DNA of 64,000 bases from a candidate division WOR-3 bacterium (lineage in GTDB: Bacteria > Hydrothermota > Tepidihabitantia > B3-TA06), in contig CBFGKC010000001.1 in assembly GCA_965649265.1 (NCBI GenBank), forward strand, positions 268,785 to 332,784, in the 5' to 3' direction. The notes beneath the pieces are model-generated. The model did no database searches. It worked only from the letters and a program-made list of their open reading frames with translations, and was not told the origin of the DNA. The translations under genes and the position numbers were made by a program. Positions 1-10,263 of the stretch are shown here, piece after piece. Numbering within the stretch: position 1 is the first letter of the stretch; each line of letters opens with the position of its first letter.

Positions 1-3000
1 TCGCTGATTCGCTTGAACCCTTCCAGGTACTGCGGAGCAAGTCCTTTTTGTTCGCGCCATCGCGAAAAATGTTCCGCGTGGAATCGATTCAATTTCTTGA
101 GCTCCAATTCCGCGCCTAGACGTTCAAAAATCACCCGTGCGTCGTCGAGAATAGCAAGCGCTTCGTCGGAATATCCGTTTTTAGAAAAAAGCGAGGAGGC
201 GAGGACAAAGAGCGTTATTCCATGCTGGTAGGCGTTTTCCTGACGTTCGAGTATCTCGGCGCTCTGACGAAGTCGCAGCAGCCCCTTCACGTGATCGCCG
301 AGCGCGATGAGAGCCTGACCTTCCATTCGCATCACCTCGCCGCGCATGCTTTCAAGTCCCGATGCGTCTATCTTTGCTCTCATTTGCTTCGCCGTGATAA
401 GGGCTTTTTCGTTCTTTGCCTCTTTAAGCAAAACGCTGCATTCAAGGGCGGATAAACCAAGCGAGTAGAAAAGGTCCTGTTTTCGTTTTTGCGATTTCGC
501 GGCGTTCTGAAGAATTCGCCTGGCCGCGCCGACATCATCCGAGTCAAGAGCTATGTTGCATTTTACGATCTCGGCGGCTATATCACTGCCGGGATATTCG
601 TTGCGGTCGAGCATCGCGGAAGCCTTTGCGAGCATGCGGTTCGCCAGAGCCTGTTTCCCGCGCATCCGGCACATATCTGCCCAGTTGAGGAGAACGTAAG
701 ATTTCAAATACGAGCCGGGCACACGCGCAAACCGTTTCCAGAGTTTCAAGTAACTTTCCCAGGCGTATCTCCATTCGCCCAGAAGCGTAGCCAGATAAAC
801 CTCCAGCGAGAGAACGGAGAGCAGGTTATCCGGAGGGGTAAACCTTTCGATAATCTCCGTTGCCTGGTTGAGAAGGCTTCGCGCTCTGCGGTTCTCTCCC
901 TTCAGAGAAAGAAGGCCGGCCTCCGCATAAAGAGCCTGGCTTATCATTACCCTGGTTCCGGTCATACGGGCGAACGCCAGCGCTTTTTCGGAATAGAAAT
1001 GTGCCTCCTTGAGCTTCCCTGAGCTTTTTAAGGTCTCGGACGCAAGCAAGGCGGCCTGATATGCGGTCGTTATCTCGCCTCCCGTCTCCGCACTCTCCAT
1101 GATCTTCTTGACTATCTGCATGGCTTCGCGCGAGCTGCCTTTCAGAAACAGGGTCCAGGCGAGGTTGTAGAGATTACGGGTTTGCTCCTCCGGGGTCAGC
1201 GACTCCTCTTCTAAAATCTGCCTGAACAGAACCTCGGCCTCTGCATACATTCCCAAACGAATCTTGTTCCAGCCTCGAGCCGGGATGAGCTCTTTCCTGA
1301 GGGGCGAAGAGAATCCCTCAAGACGGTTCTCGGCAAGATCGAAAAGGTCGTCCGACTGCTCTATGGCTCCGGCCCTCTGGTACGCGAGACCGAGAAGATA
1401 GGTCATTCTTGCCTCCTCCTGCCTGTCCCCTTTTACCAGATCGATAGCCTGTGAATAATACCCGCCCGCGGATTCAATGTCCTTTTGCATATCCGAGATC
1501 CTGCCAAGTTCAAGAAGCACTTCCTTCTTTTCCTCTCGGGGAAGATCGAACCTGAGCAGGCGGTCAAGAAAAGCCTTTGCACGCTCGAAGTTGTGAGTGG
1601 ACATGAGCCTTCCGGAAATCTCGAAAAGATAGCGCCTGGCATTTGCTTCATCCTGCGCCAGGACGTAAAGCGAAGCCAGAAGGCTTACGTATGCGTCATC
1701 CCACGAATCCAGGTCCCCTTTCCAAATCGAATGGGCGTCCTGCTCTATTGCGGAGGCGAGTTTTGCGGCCTGGAGGCGCTTGTGTTGTTCGGATGTTTTT
1801 CCGAGAACGTAGTTCCTGATAAGATCGTTTTCAATCTCGTAGTATAAATCATTTTTGTGTTTTACAGATCTTACGAGCCCGCCGTCAAGAAATCCCCTGA
1901 AGGTAATGGAGTCCTTTGTTTTAGAATAAAGGCTTTCCAGAGCCTTAGACGGCACGGGTTCGTCGGCCAGGGCCAGGGTATTGAGTATTTCAAACGGAGC
2001 ACCTTTGTAAGCCGACATCTTTGTGTCAAGCCACGCATCCAACTTGGTCGCCAGTGCGCGTTCCGCCGGGCCCGCCAGGTAGACCCATTTCCTTTCAAGT
2101 TTGAGCCACTTTTCCATCCAGAGCAAATCAAGAAGTTCCGTGATTCGACGCGGATTTCCGCCGCTGGCGGAAAGGAGCGTCTTTGCAAGTACCTGCGGCT
2201 TATCCATGTTGGTGAAGGTCCGTGAAACCATTTCGAGCAGGTCGTTCTCCTTGAGAGGTTCAAGGGAAAGCCTTTGAGCCTCCGGGAATGCGCTTTTATC
2301 GATTCCCGCGATCAAAACGCCGAGATACTTGTCGAGGGTCCTGGCCAGAGATGCCAGCACCGATAGTTCAAAGGGCGCAACGTCCCGCGGCAAATCCAGA
2401 AGCAAAACGTCGAGTCCGCTCTTTTCGACGACCTCGAGTATCTTTCGTTCAAGATCGGCCTGCCCCTGCACCGACTCAGTGATCCCGAGCGTGGAGACGA
2501 TGTGGTCGAGCACCGATAGGTAGCCCTGACGGCCCTGGAATAGCAAAACGTTGCGGCGTTCCAGGAGGGCCCTGAAGCGCAGTTCGGTAATCAATCGGGT
2601 TTTGCCGATTCCCTCCGGGCCTTCGAGAATTACCGCCCTCTTGTCCTCGAACAGCATTCTTTTCAACCTGTCCAACTCCCCCTCCCTGCCCGAAAAAACA
2701 GGCGCAGGCGGAAAGCCCGAGGGCTCGAGATCGGGAGTTTCCTTGCTTCTTGAGAGCTTTGAGAGAATGGCCGCAGCCTCGTTAGATGAAGGACGCAGAG
2801 TAGGGCAAGGATCAAGAAGCCTTAATATCAGTTCCTCGAACTCGGACGGCAAATCGAAACCCAGTACCTGCAAGCTTTGAGGGTGCCTCAGCTTCGCCGA
2901 GGCGATAAGCCTCGGTGATTCTTGTTCCCAAAGTCGTCTTCCCGTTATCACCTCGTATGCCATCACGCCGAGTGAATAGAGGTCTACCGCCGGACCGATG

Positions 3001-3551
3001 TCCGCGCCGAGAAAGAGTTCGGGAGCCACGTAGTCGATTGTTCCCCTGGGTTTATCCGTCGGATCAAGCACGTAATCTTCCGCGAAGCCGAAATCAAGAA
3101 GCACAGGCTTTCCGTTGCTTCTTACGAGGAGATTGGACGGTTTCACGTCGGCGTGCACTATTCCCTGATTGTGGATGTAGGAGAGGATTGATATGGTCCT
3201 TCCCAGCACCTTCGCGAACAAATCGAGAAACCCGGCATCCTGCCGCTTCTCGGCAAAGAACTCGTCAAAAGGTTTTCCTTCCACGAACTCCATCGTGAAA
3301 TATGAATAATTGGTTCCTGTGCCGAACTCACGTACCTTGATTATGCCGGGATGATTCAGGCGCTTGAGGATCGAAAACTCCCTTTCGAGATGCCTCGAGG
3401 GGTCTCCGTCTGCACTGGCCTTTAAGGCAACCAGATCGGCAGAACCCTTTTCGCTTGCCGCCCAGACCTCGGAATTATAACCCTCACCCAGCCTTCTTAC
3501 CTGTGTAAGACCCTTAGGAAAGGTAATTCCGGGCAGGACTTCCTTTTTCAC
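1..3551 (-). CDS. Ser/Thr protein kinase - AAA/STAND-type ATPase - TPR multidomain protein (3' end beyond window)
   Basis: Not in the ORF track; translated by hand from GTG at 3551 (MKKEVLPGITFPKG...). Kinase motifs LGEGYNSEVW, VALK, HADVKPSN, DFG, GTIDYVAPE and DLYSLG, then Walker A GPEGIGKT and helical TPR-like repeats. The frame appears open to the window edge. Confidence 0.88.
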   Translation of the reverse strand, partial: MKKEVLPGITFPKGLTQVRRLGEGYNSEVWAASEKGSADLVALKASADGDPSRHLEREFSILKRLNHPGIIKVREFGTGTNYSYFTMEFVEGKPFDEFFAEKRQDAGFLDLFAKVLGRTISILSYIHNQGIVHADVKPSNLLVRSNGKPVLLDFGFAEDYVLDPTDKPRGTIDYVAPELFLGADIGPAVDLYSLGVMAYEVITGRRLWEQESPRLIASAKLRHPQSLQVLGFDLPSEFEELILRLLDPCPTLRPSSNEAAAILSKLSRSKETPDLEPSGFPPAPVFSGREGELDRLKRMLFEDKRAVILEGPEGIGKTRLITELRFRALLERRNVLLFQGRQGYLSVLDHIVSTLGITESVQGQADLERKILEVVEKSGLDVLLLDLPRDVAPFELSVLASLARTLDKYLGVLIAGIDKSAFPEAQRLSLEPLKENDLLEMVSRTFTNMDKPQVLAKTLLSASGGNPRRITELLDLLWMEKWLKLERKWVYLAGPAERALATKLDAWLDTKMSAYKGAPFEILNTLALADEPVPSKALESLYSKTKDSITFRGFLDGGLVRSVKHKNDLYYEIENDLIRNYVLGKTSEQHKRLQAAKLASAIEQDAHSIWKGDLDSWDDAYVSLLASLYVLAQDEANARRYLFEISGRLMSTHNFERAKAFLDRLLRFDLPREEKKEVLLELGRISDMQKDIESAGGYYSQAIDLVKGDRQEEARMTYLLGLAYQRAGAIEQSDDLFDLAENRLEGFSSPLRKELIPARGWNKIRLGMYAEAEVLFRQILEEESLTPEEQTRNLYNLAWTLFLKGSSREAMQIVKKIMESAETGGEITTAYQAALLASETLKSSGKLKEAHFYSEKALAFARMTGTRVMISQALYAEAGLLSLKGENRRARSLLNQATEIIERFTPPDNLLSVLSLEVYLATLLGEWRYAWESYLKLWKRFARVPGSYLKSYVLLNWADMCRMRGKQALANRMLAKASAMLDRNEYPGSDIAAEIVKCNIALDSDDVGAARRILQNAAKSQKRKQDLFYSLGLSALECSVLLKEAKNEKALITAKQMRAKIDASGLESMRGEVMRMEGQALIALGDHVKGLLRLRQSAEILERQENAYQHGITLFVLASSLFSKNGYSDEALAILDDARVIFERLGAELELKKLNRFHAEHFSRWREQKGLAPQYLEGFKRIS

Positions 3552-3788
3552 AGGTGTAATATAAATGCGACACCCCTAAAAGTCAAGCCCCCCTCGCCCT
3601 GAATTTTTACGCGGGACCAAAAAAGGGATGGCATCCACGTCCTGGTCAATTCTACTGATAGGGCAAGCAGAGAAACACCTGCTGTTTCTTTGGGACATAC
3701 TATTGACTTATCGAGTCTTACCGTTAAACTCCTCCTCAAGGATAGAAATGTCTGGAATTTGTTATTCCGCGTAAACTAGGAGGAAGCA

Positions 3789-4514
3789 ATGAAAAGATTG
3801 ATGCTCATAGCTCTCGTGCCCTTAGCGGCTGCATTCGCCCTTGACCAGAGGCTCGCAGATGCAGATAACTATTATCTGAACCGGCACAAGGACTCCGGTT
3901 ACACCATGAAGGCCAAGAACCTTTGCGACGAGGTGCTCAAGGAAAACTCGTCCGACGCACAGGCTCTCTGGAGGCTTGCGAGGCTTTACGTACTTTTTGG
4001 TGACAACAAATCGAGCAAGGACGAAAAGATCTCGAGATACGAAGCCGGTAAGAGTTACGCAGAGAAGGCAAAGAATGCCGATCCCAAATGCGCGGAAGCC
4101 TTCTTCTGGTACGGGGTCAATATCGGTCGTGTAGGCCAGACCAAGGGTGTCTTGAACTCCCTTTCGCTCGCGGGTCCTGTTAAGGAGGCGTTCGAGAAGG
4201 CGCTTTCAATTAACTCCAAGTTCTCACCGGCCATGGACGGTCTTGCCGTGTGGTACATGGAGGTTCCAGGTGTCGCCGGCGGCGACCTCAACAAATCGGT
4301 CGAGTATCTGAAGAAGGGCATAGGCATCGAGCCCAATTACTCGCTTCTCTACGTGGATCTGGCAAAAGTCTACATCAAGCAAAAGAACTACTCGGGAGCC
4401 CGCGAGATGCTCAAGAAGTGCCTGGCGATTACGGCTCCCTATAATCCCGGAGACTTCTATCTGGACGACAAGCCCGAAGCCGACAAACTTCTCAAGGAGA
4501 TTGAAGGTAAATGA
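3789..4514 (+). CDS. Exported tetratricopeptide-repeat protein
   Basis: SD AGGAGG, signal peptide and TPR-like repeats (ALWRLARLY, AFFWYGVNIG, LYVDLAKVY). Confidence 0.8.
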   Translation: MKRLMLIALVPLAAAFALDQRLADADNYYLNRHKDSGYTMKAKNLCDEVLKENSSDAQALWRLARLYVLFGDNKSSKDEKISRYEAGKSYAEKAKNADPKCAEAFFWYGVNIGRVGQTKGVLNSLSLAGPVKEAFEKALSINSKFSPAMDGLAVWYMEVPGVAGGDLNKSVEYLKKGIGIEPNYSLLYVDLAKVYIKQKNYSGAREMLKKCLAITAPYNPGDFYLDDKPEADKLLKEIEGK

Positions 4515-5995
4515 AAGCCCTCCTCGCCCTCCTCACCCGCCTCGCCCCCCCCGCCCTCCCGGTCCCATCGGTCTCCCTGGCTCCCCAGGCTTCTCTCCCC
4601 CGTCCCGCCAGACGCTTCAATGGGGTGTACCTGTTGAGTTTTTTTGCCTTAGCGCTTGCATCAGTGCTCACCGCCCAGACCACACCTGATATCAGTCCTG
4701 CGCCCGTAAATGCTCCCGGGGATTCGTTAACGCCAAAAATAACCATAGTCGATCGCGTGGAAGTAAAAGGTAATGATATCACCCGCGAGGGCATAATCCG
4801 GCGCGAGCTTGCAATCTTTCCCGGCGATACCCTCACAGGGGAAAAGGTCGAGCGTTCACTCGCGGCCTTACGGAGTACCAACCTCTTCTCTTCCGTTATG
4901 GTTACGAGCGAGAAGATCTCTCCCGGAAAATCCGTACTGACGGTGACGGTCAAGGAGAAGCGCTTTCCGAGTCCTTACCCTACGGTGGGTATCGATGCCT
5001 CGACGGGTTTTTACCTCGGGATAGGCGCGCTTTACCCGAACCTGTTCGGCCAGGGGCTTTCAATAGATGCCGGCGGCGAGATGGGCTTTCGCTTCTCGAC
5101 CCCGCGCTGGAGAGCATACACTACCCTTGCGATGCCGATGACGTACAACCGCTGGCACGCCGAGAACTTCGGATACGACTACTCCTACTTCTGGCGCAAG
5201 GACGCGGCCATATACCGCATGGAGCACAACTTCAGCTACAGGGAAGACATAAGACCCTGGCGGCCGCTCGTCCTCTCTCTCGAGGTCGGCTGGCTCCAGA
5301 CCCGCGCATACGGAAGAGATTCTCTGACGCCGCTGCCGACTTTCTCGCCCGATACCAGCGATCGCTCGGTCTACTTGAAACCTTCGTTTGTTCTCGACAT
5401 GCGCGACGACGCCTTATATCCCACGAAGGGCTTCCTGGTCGCGGGGCAGTACTTCTACAACCCGGGCCTCACCGAAAACTTCCGAACCCAGAACGCTTGC
5501 TCGCTTTCGGTGGCCGGTTACGTGCCGTTGACACCCAAGATGGTTCTTGCCGGAAACGTGTTCACCTACCAGCAGCTCGACTCCATCCCCGTCTACCGGA
5601 CCATCTATATCGGAAAGGATCGCTTCCTTCGCGGCTGGAAAGACACGACCCAGGTCGGACCCTGTCTCTCCGTGGGTTCGCTCGAATGGCGCTGGCGCTG
5701 GCTCGACTTCAGCCTTAAGAACGTGCCCCTGCTCGGAATGCTCTCGGGCTGGTGGGCCGCGAGCGTGGGCTTGGATGTTGCAGCCATTCACGAGCCGGGA
5801 CTTCCGCCCTTGTACCTGGCCGATCTGGATGCAAACAGCAAGGACGGGCTCCTTATGGGCACGAGCGTCGGCCTTGGTCTCGGACTGGGAAGATGGTTTA
5901 CGGGCAAGCTGGAGGTGGCCTGGGGCGTAGGCTCCGGCCTCAACGGACGCAAGCTCGTTATCACCGTTCCCGCGTACTTCGGCTGGAGGTTTTAA
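4511..5995 (+). CDS. BamA/TamA (Omp85) family outer-membrane protein with one POTRA domain
   Basis: POTRA-like VDRVEVKGNDITREGIIRREL; barrel motifs DMRDDALYPTKG and FLRGW; C-terminal aromatic FGWRF. Confidence 0.78.
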   Translation: MKALLALLTRLAPPALPVPSVSLAPQASLPRPARRFNGVYLLSFFALALASVLTAQTTPDISPAPVNAPGDSLTPKITIVDRVEVKGNDITREGIIRRELAIFPGDTLTGEKVERSLAALRSTNLFSSVMVTSEKISPGKSVLTVTVKEKRFPSPYPTVGIDASTGFYLGIGALYPNLFGQGLSIDAGGEMGFRFSTPRWRAYTTLAMPMTYNRWHAENFGYDYSYFWRKDAAIYRMEHNFSYREDIRPWRPLVLSLEVGWLQTRAYGRDSLTPLPTFSPDTSDRSVYLKPSFVLDMRDDALYPTKGFLVAGQYFYNPGLTENFRTQNACSLSVAGYVPLTPKMVLAGNVFTYQQLDSIPVYRTIYIGKDRFLRGWKDTTQVGPCLSVGSLEWRWRWLDFSLKNVPLLGMLSGWWAASVGLDVAAIHEPGLPPLYLADLDANSKDGLLMGTSVGLGLGLGRWFTGKLEVAWGVGSGLNGRKLVITVPAYFGWRF

Positions 5996-6156
5996 CAAAT
6001 AAGCAAAAAGAATTTTACGCAATCACAAGATTCTTTTGTACTTTATTAAGGAGTTGAACAGAATTTCATTGAAACATGAAATTCTGTTCAGTATTTTTGT
6101 TTCTGGATTTCGCATATCGGGCTTGCGTCTTTTACGTTTTGGCATAGACTCATTTT

Positions 6157-6690
6157 GTGAATTCTCTCAAAGACGGAAAACCCATGCGAAAGCCTGAAAC
6201 AATCTTCATTTATTACTTCAGACCGCCTTCGCGCGAATTGAGGATCGAAGCGGAGCTTCTATACGAGGATGATGAAGTCATCGTGACCTCCCACATCCTG
6301 CGGGGAGCCTCAAAGCCTTTGGTGATTGACGGCAAGGTCGTCATCGAAAACGGATACCGCGCCGTTTTCGCCGAGTACCGCAAGGAGTGGTTCGACGTGG
6401 CAAAGGTCTTCCGGCCCGACGGTACGTTCACCGGATATTATGCCGACGTGAACACGCCTTCCGAATCAAGGCCTGACGGGTACTGGACGAAGGACCTGTT
6501 TCTCGATCTCTGGATTCCACCCGATCGCTCGAAGGTATATCTTCTCGACGAGGACGAGTTCAGCCAGGCTCTGAGAGAGGGGTGGATGTCGGCCGAAGAG
6601 GGAGAGCGCGCAAGGAAAGAGGCGGCCAGACTGCAAGAACTTTTCAAGAAAGGAGAGTTTCCTCCAGCGCTTCTGGAGAGGTTTCTATGA
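6157..6690 (+). CDS. DUF402-family protein (FomD-like hydrolase)
   Basis: Motifs GYYADVNTP and DLFLDLWI...LLDEDEF; GTG start 6 nt after a TAGACT -10 box. Confidence 0.75.
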   Translation: MNSLKDGKPMRKPETIFIYYFRPPSRELRIEAELLYEDDEVIVTSHILRGASKPLVIDGKVVIENGYRAVFAEYRKEWFDVAKVFRPDGTFTGYYADVNTPSESRPDGYWTKDLFLDLWIPPDRSKVYLLDEDEFSQALREGWMSAEEGERARKEAARLQELFKKGEFPPALLERFL

Positions 6691-7709
6691 GTCATATCAT
6701 TCTTCTCTTACTTGCGGTAAGCAAGGTTTTCACCATTCGCGTTTTCGCGGACCAGAAGCCCTCGGAGGTAACCATTACCTCCACCGAGGGCACCTTCAAA
6801 ATACAGGCCTCGGGCGACATGCTTTCAGTCAATGGAAACAAGACTCCTTACTTTCAGGGCATGGAGGCTCAGTACTATACCATAATCGCGGGCGAAACCA
6901 AGCGCAGCTACGCCGGCGGTTTTACCTTCTACTCCTTCTCGGGCGAATTGTACATACTCAACTACATCCCCGAGGAGGCCTACCTTGCCTCGGTGGTGGC
7001 GTCCGAAATCCCGGGTTCGGCGTCCGAGGCGCGCAAGACGCAGGCCATTCTCGCGCGGACATACGTGTACAAAAACGTGGGCAGGCACGGCCAGTACGAC
7101 CTCTGCGACGGCCAGCACTGCCAGGTTTACAGAGGGCTTCCTGTCGATAACGCGTCGCTCGAGGCCGTGCGCGGCACCGCCGGACTCGTTCTGGGCTATA
7201 AGGGCGAGATTGCCGATATCTATTATCATTCCACTTGCGGAGGCATGACGCTTCTGCCTTCGGAGGTTTGGCCCGGCATGAAGGACCAGCCTTACCATCA
7301 GCGCATAAAAGATACGCTCTGCACCACCTCGCCCTACTACGTATGGGATGACACTTTCAACCTCGACCCTTTATTCGTGAACCTGGGACTCGGGCAGATG
7401 CCGATCTCGGTGAAAGCGGTCTCGGCAGGCGAGCGGCTGCCGGTCAAGGGTTTCGTGTTCTACGCGCCCGACTCCGCCTACTTCGACTACGCAAGGGTCA
7501 CGGACGCGATGGGACACCATCCCATGTCGCGTGTGTTCGAGGCCGAGATCAAGGAGAGCACACTGATCCTTCACTGCCACGGCTACGGACACGGTGTCGG
7601 CATGTGTCAGGTGGGCGCAATGACAATGGCCAAATCGGGCGCGAGCTACCTTGATATTCTCACGCACTACTTCCCCGGCACCGAGATACTCTCGCTTGCA
7701 AGCTTTTAA
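6687..7709 (+). CDS. SpoIID/LytB domain protein
   Basis: Motifs EAYLASVVASE, KTQAILARTY, CDGQHCQVY, YHSTCGG, GYGHGVGMCQ and ILTHYFPG; ATGA overlap with the upstream stop. Confidence 0.88.
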   Translation: MSHIILLLLAVSKVFTIRVFADQKPSEVTITSTEGTFKIQASGDMLSVNGNKTPYFQGMEAQYYTIIAGETKRSYAGGFTFYSFSGELYILNYIPEEAYLASVVASEIPGSASEARKTQAILARTYVYKNVGRHGQYDLCDGQHCQVYRGLPVDNASLEAVRGTAGLVLGYKGEIADIYYHSTCGGMTLLPSEVWPGMKDQPYHQRIKDTLCTTSPYYVWDDTFNLDPLFVNLGLGQMPISVKAVSAGERLPVKGFVFYAPDSAYFDYARVTDAMGHHPMSRVFEAEIKESTLILHCHGYGHGVGMCQVGAMTMAKSGASYLDILTHYFPGTEILSLASF

Positions 7710-7711
7710 GA

Positions 7712-7750
7712 CCCACAAATAAACACGGAGTGTTTATTTGTGGGTACCCG
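7712..7750 (+). repeat. ~39-nt palindromic repeat (REP-like family)
   Basis: CCCACAAATAAACAC-gga-GTGTTTATTTGTGGG-TACCCG. Confidence 0.75.
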
Positions 7751-7839
7751 AAATCATCTTAAGGATATACGCATGAATTCCTGGGAATCCTTTCATATCC
7801 CGACGAGTCTGCAGATTGTTCCGGATAAAATCGATCTTA

Positions 7840-7878
7840 AGGGGTCCCCGGGAAAATACCTTGCGTTTTCCTGGGGTT
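7840..7878 (-). repeat. ~39-nt palindromic repeat, inverted orientation
   Basis: AGGGGT-CCCCGGGAAAATAC-ctt-GCGTTTTCCTGGGG-TT. Confidence 0.75.
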
Positions 7879-7882
7879 TTCA

Positions 7883-8779
7883 ATGAGTATCTGGTTCGCC
7901 ATAGCGCTGATAACCCTTACCGCCGCTTGCTGGGAGGTAGCCGTCGTCATGCAGAAAAAGGCGGCGGACAAGCTCCCGCTCATCAAGGGATTTAAGGGGA
8001 TTTTCTCCTTGATTCGCTCTCCACTATGGACACTTGGCCTTGTCCTGACAGGGATAGGCTGGGGTGCCTACGTCTACGCCTTGAACTACACGCCTCTTTC
8101 GATAGCGCGGGCAATCACCGCCTCGGGATACGTAATTCTTGCCGTTCTCTCGATAATTTTCCTCAAGCACCGCCTGAAGCTCGTCGAGTGGCTGGCAATC
8201 GCAATCGTGACCGCGGGCGTGATCATGATGGGAGCAAGCGAGGTTGAAGGTGCGGCGAAGGTTGCGCGGCTCAGCTGGCTGAGGCTCGTGATTTCAGGCG
8301 TTGCCACCGCGGCCTTGAGCGCAGGCTTCATGGTCTTTTCGAGGGTAAGTAAAGAAAAACTAAAACCGGGGGTAGCATTCGCGGCAATCTCAGGGATTCT
8401 TTCCGGGTTCGGCGATCTTTTGACGAAAGGTCTTTTGATCGAGGTCGGTTTCAAGTCCTATGTAACGGCATTCGCTCTCTACGCACCCCTCATCATCGTC
8501 TTCTACCTTGCGGGCTTCTTCGCGCTATCGAGAAGCTACCAGCACGGCACCGCGGTCTCGGCGGTCGTCATCTCGGATTTCACCGTGCGTCTCTCGACTG
8601 CCGCGCTCGGCCTGTACGCGCTGGGTGAGGGACTTCCCCATGATGCGCTCCACCTTGCCTTGAGGGTTGCGGGGTTCACGCTTGCGCTCTCGGCGTCCAT
8701 CCTCCTTGGAAGATTCTCGGGCGAGGGAGTCGCACGCTCGGATACGACCGTTGACAGAGGGGCAGGGGCGTGTGGATAG
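7883..8779 (+). CDS. DMT/EamA-superfamily membrane transporter
   Basis: About 9-10 hydrophobic segments; pattern ALNYTPLSIARAI...FLKHRL. Confidence 0.75.
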   Translation: MSIWFAIALITLTAACWEVAVVMQKKAADKLPLIKGFKGIFSLIRSPLWTLGLVLTGIGWGAYVYALNYTPLSIARAITASGYVILAVLSIIFLKHRLKLVEWLAIAIVTAGVIMMGASEVEGAAKVARLSWLRLVISGVATAALSAGFMVFSRVSKEKLKPGVAFAAISGILSGFGDLLTKGLLIEVGFKSYVTAFALYAPLIIVFYLAGFFALSRSYQHGTAVSAVVISDFTVRLSTAALGLYALGEGLPHDALHLALRVAGFTLALSASILLGRFSGEGVARSDTTVDRGAGACG

Positions 8780-8854
8780 AGTCGAGCGACCTTGACAAAC
8801 CATTTTAGCAAATCATAATATAGAAAAGACCAACGACTCAAGGAGGTTGTACAG

Positions 8855-9670
8855 ATGAAGGAAGAATGGTATCAGAAAGTGAGCGCGCTTGCCCGGGCCG
8901 GCAAGGGTGAAGAGGCCGACAGGATGGTCGAGGAGAAGATTCGAACAAACCCCGAGACGGCCCAGGATTACTTTGACAGGGGAATGGCCTATTGGTCGCA
9001 AGGGAAGCTCGATACTGCGCTCGGGGATTTTACGAGGTGCGTCGAGATAGAGCCCGATGATTACGAGGCCAACCTCAGGATCGGCTGGATGCTTGCAAAT
9101 CTTGCCAGGCATGAAGAGGCAATGAAGGTCTTTGAGAATGTGATAATACTGAGGCCGGAGGAGTTTCACGGCTACAACGGTTACGCCCAGGCCTTGTTTT
9201 CCCTCGGTCGTTACGAGGAGTTCCTCAAGTACAATGAAGCCCTTATCGAGCGCCTTCCGCGGTCCAGGGGTTTTTGGGTGCTTGGCAGGATAGGCGCGCT
9301 CAACAAGCTGGGCAGACACGGCGAAGCATTGGAGTCGCTCAATGAAATCGGACCCGGGGGGGTGGCTCCGGTCGATTCTTATATGTACTTCCTTTTTCTT
9401 GCTGAGACTCTTACGCTGCTTGAACGCTTCGATGATGCCCTTGACACTCTCAAGAAGGGCATGGATGAGACGAAAGCGGCGGGAGTCGAACAGGGCGAGG
9501 GGAGTGAGGAGGGCGGGGAGGGCGAGGAGGGCGAGGGGGGCTGTGTTCGCTGCTTCGTCGGCAACTCGTGGAGAACGCCATATCTCGAACCACTACGCAA
9601 GCCGCCGTACCTTGAGAGGTTCGAGGAGATAGTAGGCCCAAAGTCGAAGATCAACCGCAAAAAAGACTGA
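8855..9670 (+). CDS. Tetratricopeptide-repeat protein
   Basis: SD AAGGAGG; TPRs (YFDRGMAYWSQGKLDTALGDF); Gly/Glu low-complexity insert near the C-terminus. Confidence 0.8.
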   Translation: MKEEWYQKVSALARAGKGEEADRMVEEKIRTNPETAQDYFDRGMAYWSQGKLDTALGDFTRCVEIEPDDYEANLRIGWMLANLARHEEAMKVFENVIILRPEEFHGYNGYAQALFSLGRYEEFLKYNEALIERLPRSRGFWVLGRIGALNKLGRHGEALESLNEIGPGGVAPVDSYMYFLFLAETLTLLERFDDALDTLKKGMDETKAAGVEQGEGSEEGGEGEEGEGGCVRCFVGNSWRTPYLEPLRKPPYLERFEEIVGPKSKINRKKD

Positions 9671-9739
9671 GCCGTTGCTTTCATAATGTCCCGTTAGAAA
9701 GCACGTTGTGGATTTCAGGCAATCTCCGACGGTTCCGAG

Positions 9740-9768
9740 CGGAGGTTTTTGTGAACACCGTTGTCTAA
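9740..9768 (+). promoter_or_regulatory. Putative ECF-sigma promoter CGGAGGTTT-N14-GTCTAA
   Basis: Same pattern and spacing recur at 14837-14865; lies 6 nt upstream of the anti-sigma ATG. Confidence 0.5.
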
Positions 9769-9774
9769 GTAGTT

Positions 9775-10263
9775 ATGGACACGAGAATGGAAAGCAATAT
9801 GAAGAGTCGCGAAAACCTGTCGAGCTGCCCGGAAACGGGCACGCTTTTGTCGTATGCGAACTCAAAGCTTTCAGCGCAGGAGAGGCGCATGTTGCAGTTG
9901 CACATCGAACACTGCGCGGCGTGTAAGAGCATTGTGGATGAAGAGATGCACCTTGCCCGGCTCCTGGATACCGTCGAGGTTCCAGAATTATCCGAGCATT
10001 TTGAACTCAAGCTTCGCCGGAGACTTGCGAGAGCGCGCGGCTCCTCGAGGAGAGCGTTCAGGTTTATCCTCGTTCCCATCGGCGCGGCCCTCGGGCTTTT
10101 CGCGCTTGCCGCCGGGGGACTCATCGGCAAGATCTCGTACGACAGGCTTTCAGGTCTCGCTACCGAAAAGGTTTCGAGCGTAGAGGCTCTCGATGTTTTC
10201 TCTAACCACCCCCAGGGGTCAATAAGTCGCCTGGTTGCAGATGAGATCGGAGGAGGCCGATGA
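9775..10263 (+). CDS. Zinc-finger (zf-HC2/ZAS) membrane anti-sigma factor
   Basis: HxxxCxxC (HIEHCAAC) followed by one TM helix; clustered with an ECF sigma. Confidence 0.82.
   Translation: MDTRMESNMKSRENLSSCPETGTLLSYANSKLSAQERRMLQLHIEHCAACKSIVDEEMHLARLLDTVEVPELSEHFELKLRRRLARARGSSRRAFRFILVPIGAALGLFALAAGGLIGKISYDRLSGLATEKVSSVEALDVFSNHPQGSISRLVADEIGGGR

Noticed and set aside
13-3298. Many short plus-strand ORFs in the track
   Set aside because: They are shadows of the long minus-strand kinase-ATPase-TPR gene.
6055-6090. Palindrome TGAACAGAATTTCAT...ATGAAATTCTGTTCA as a repeat-family member
   Set aside because: It lacks the CCCC/GGGG stem base and ACCCC tail; more likely a terminator or operator.
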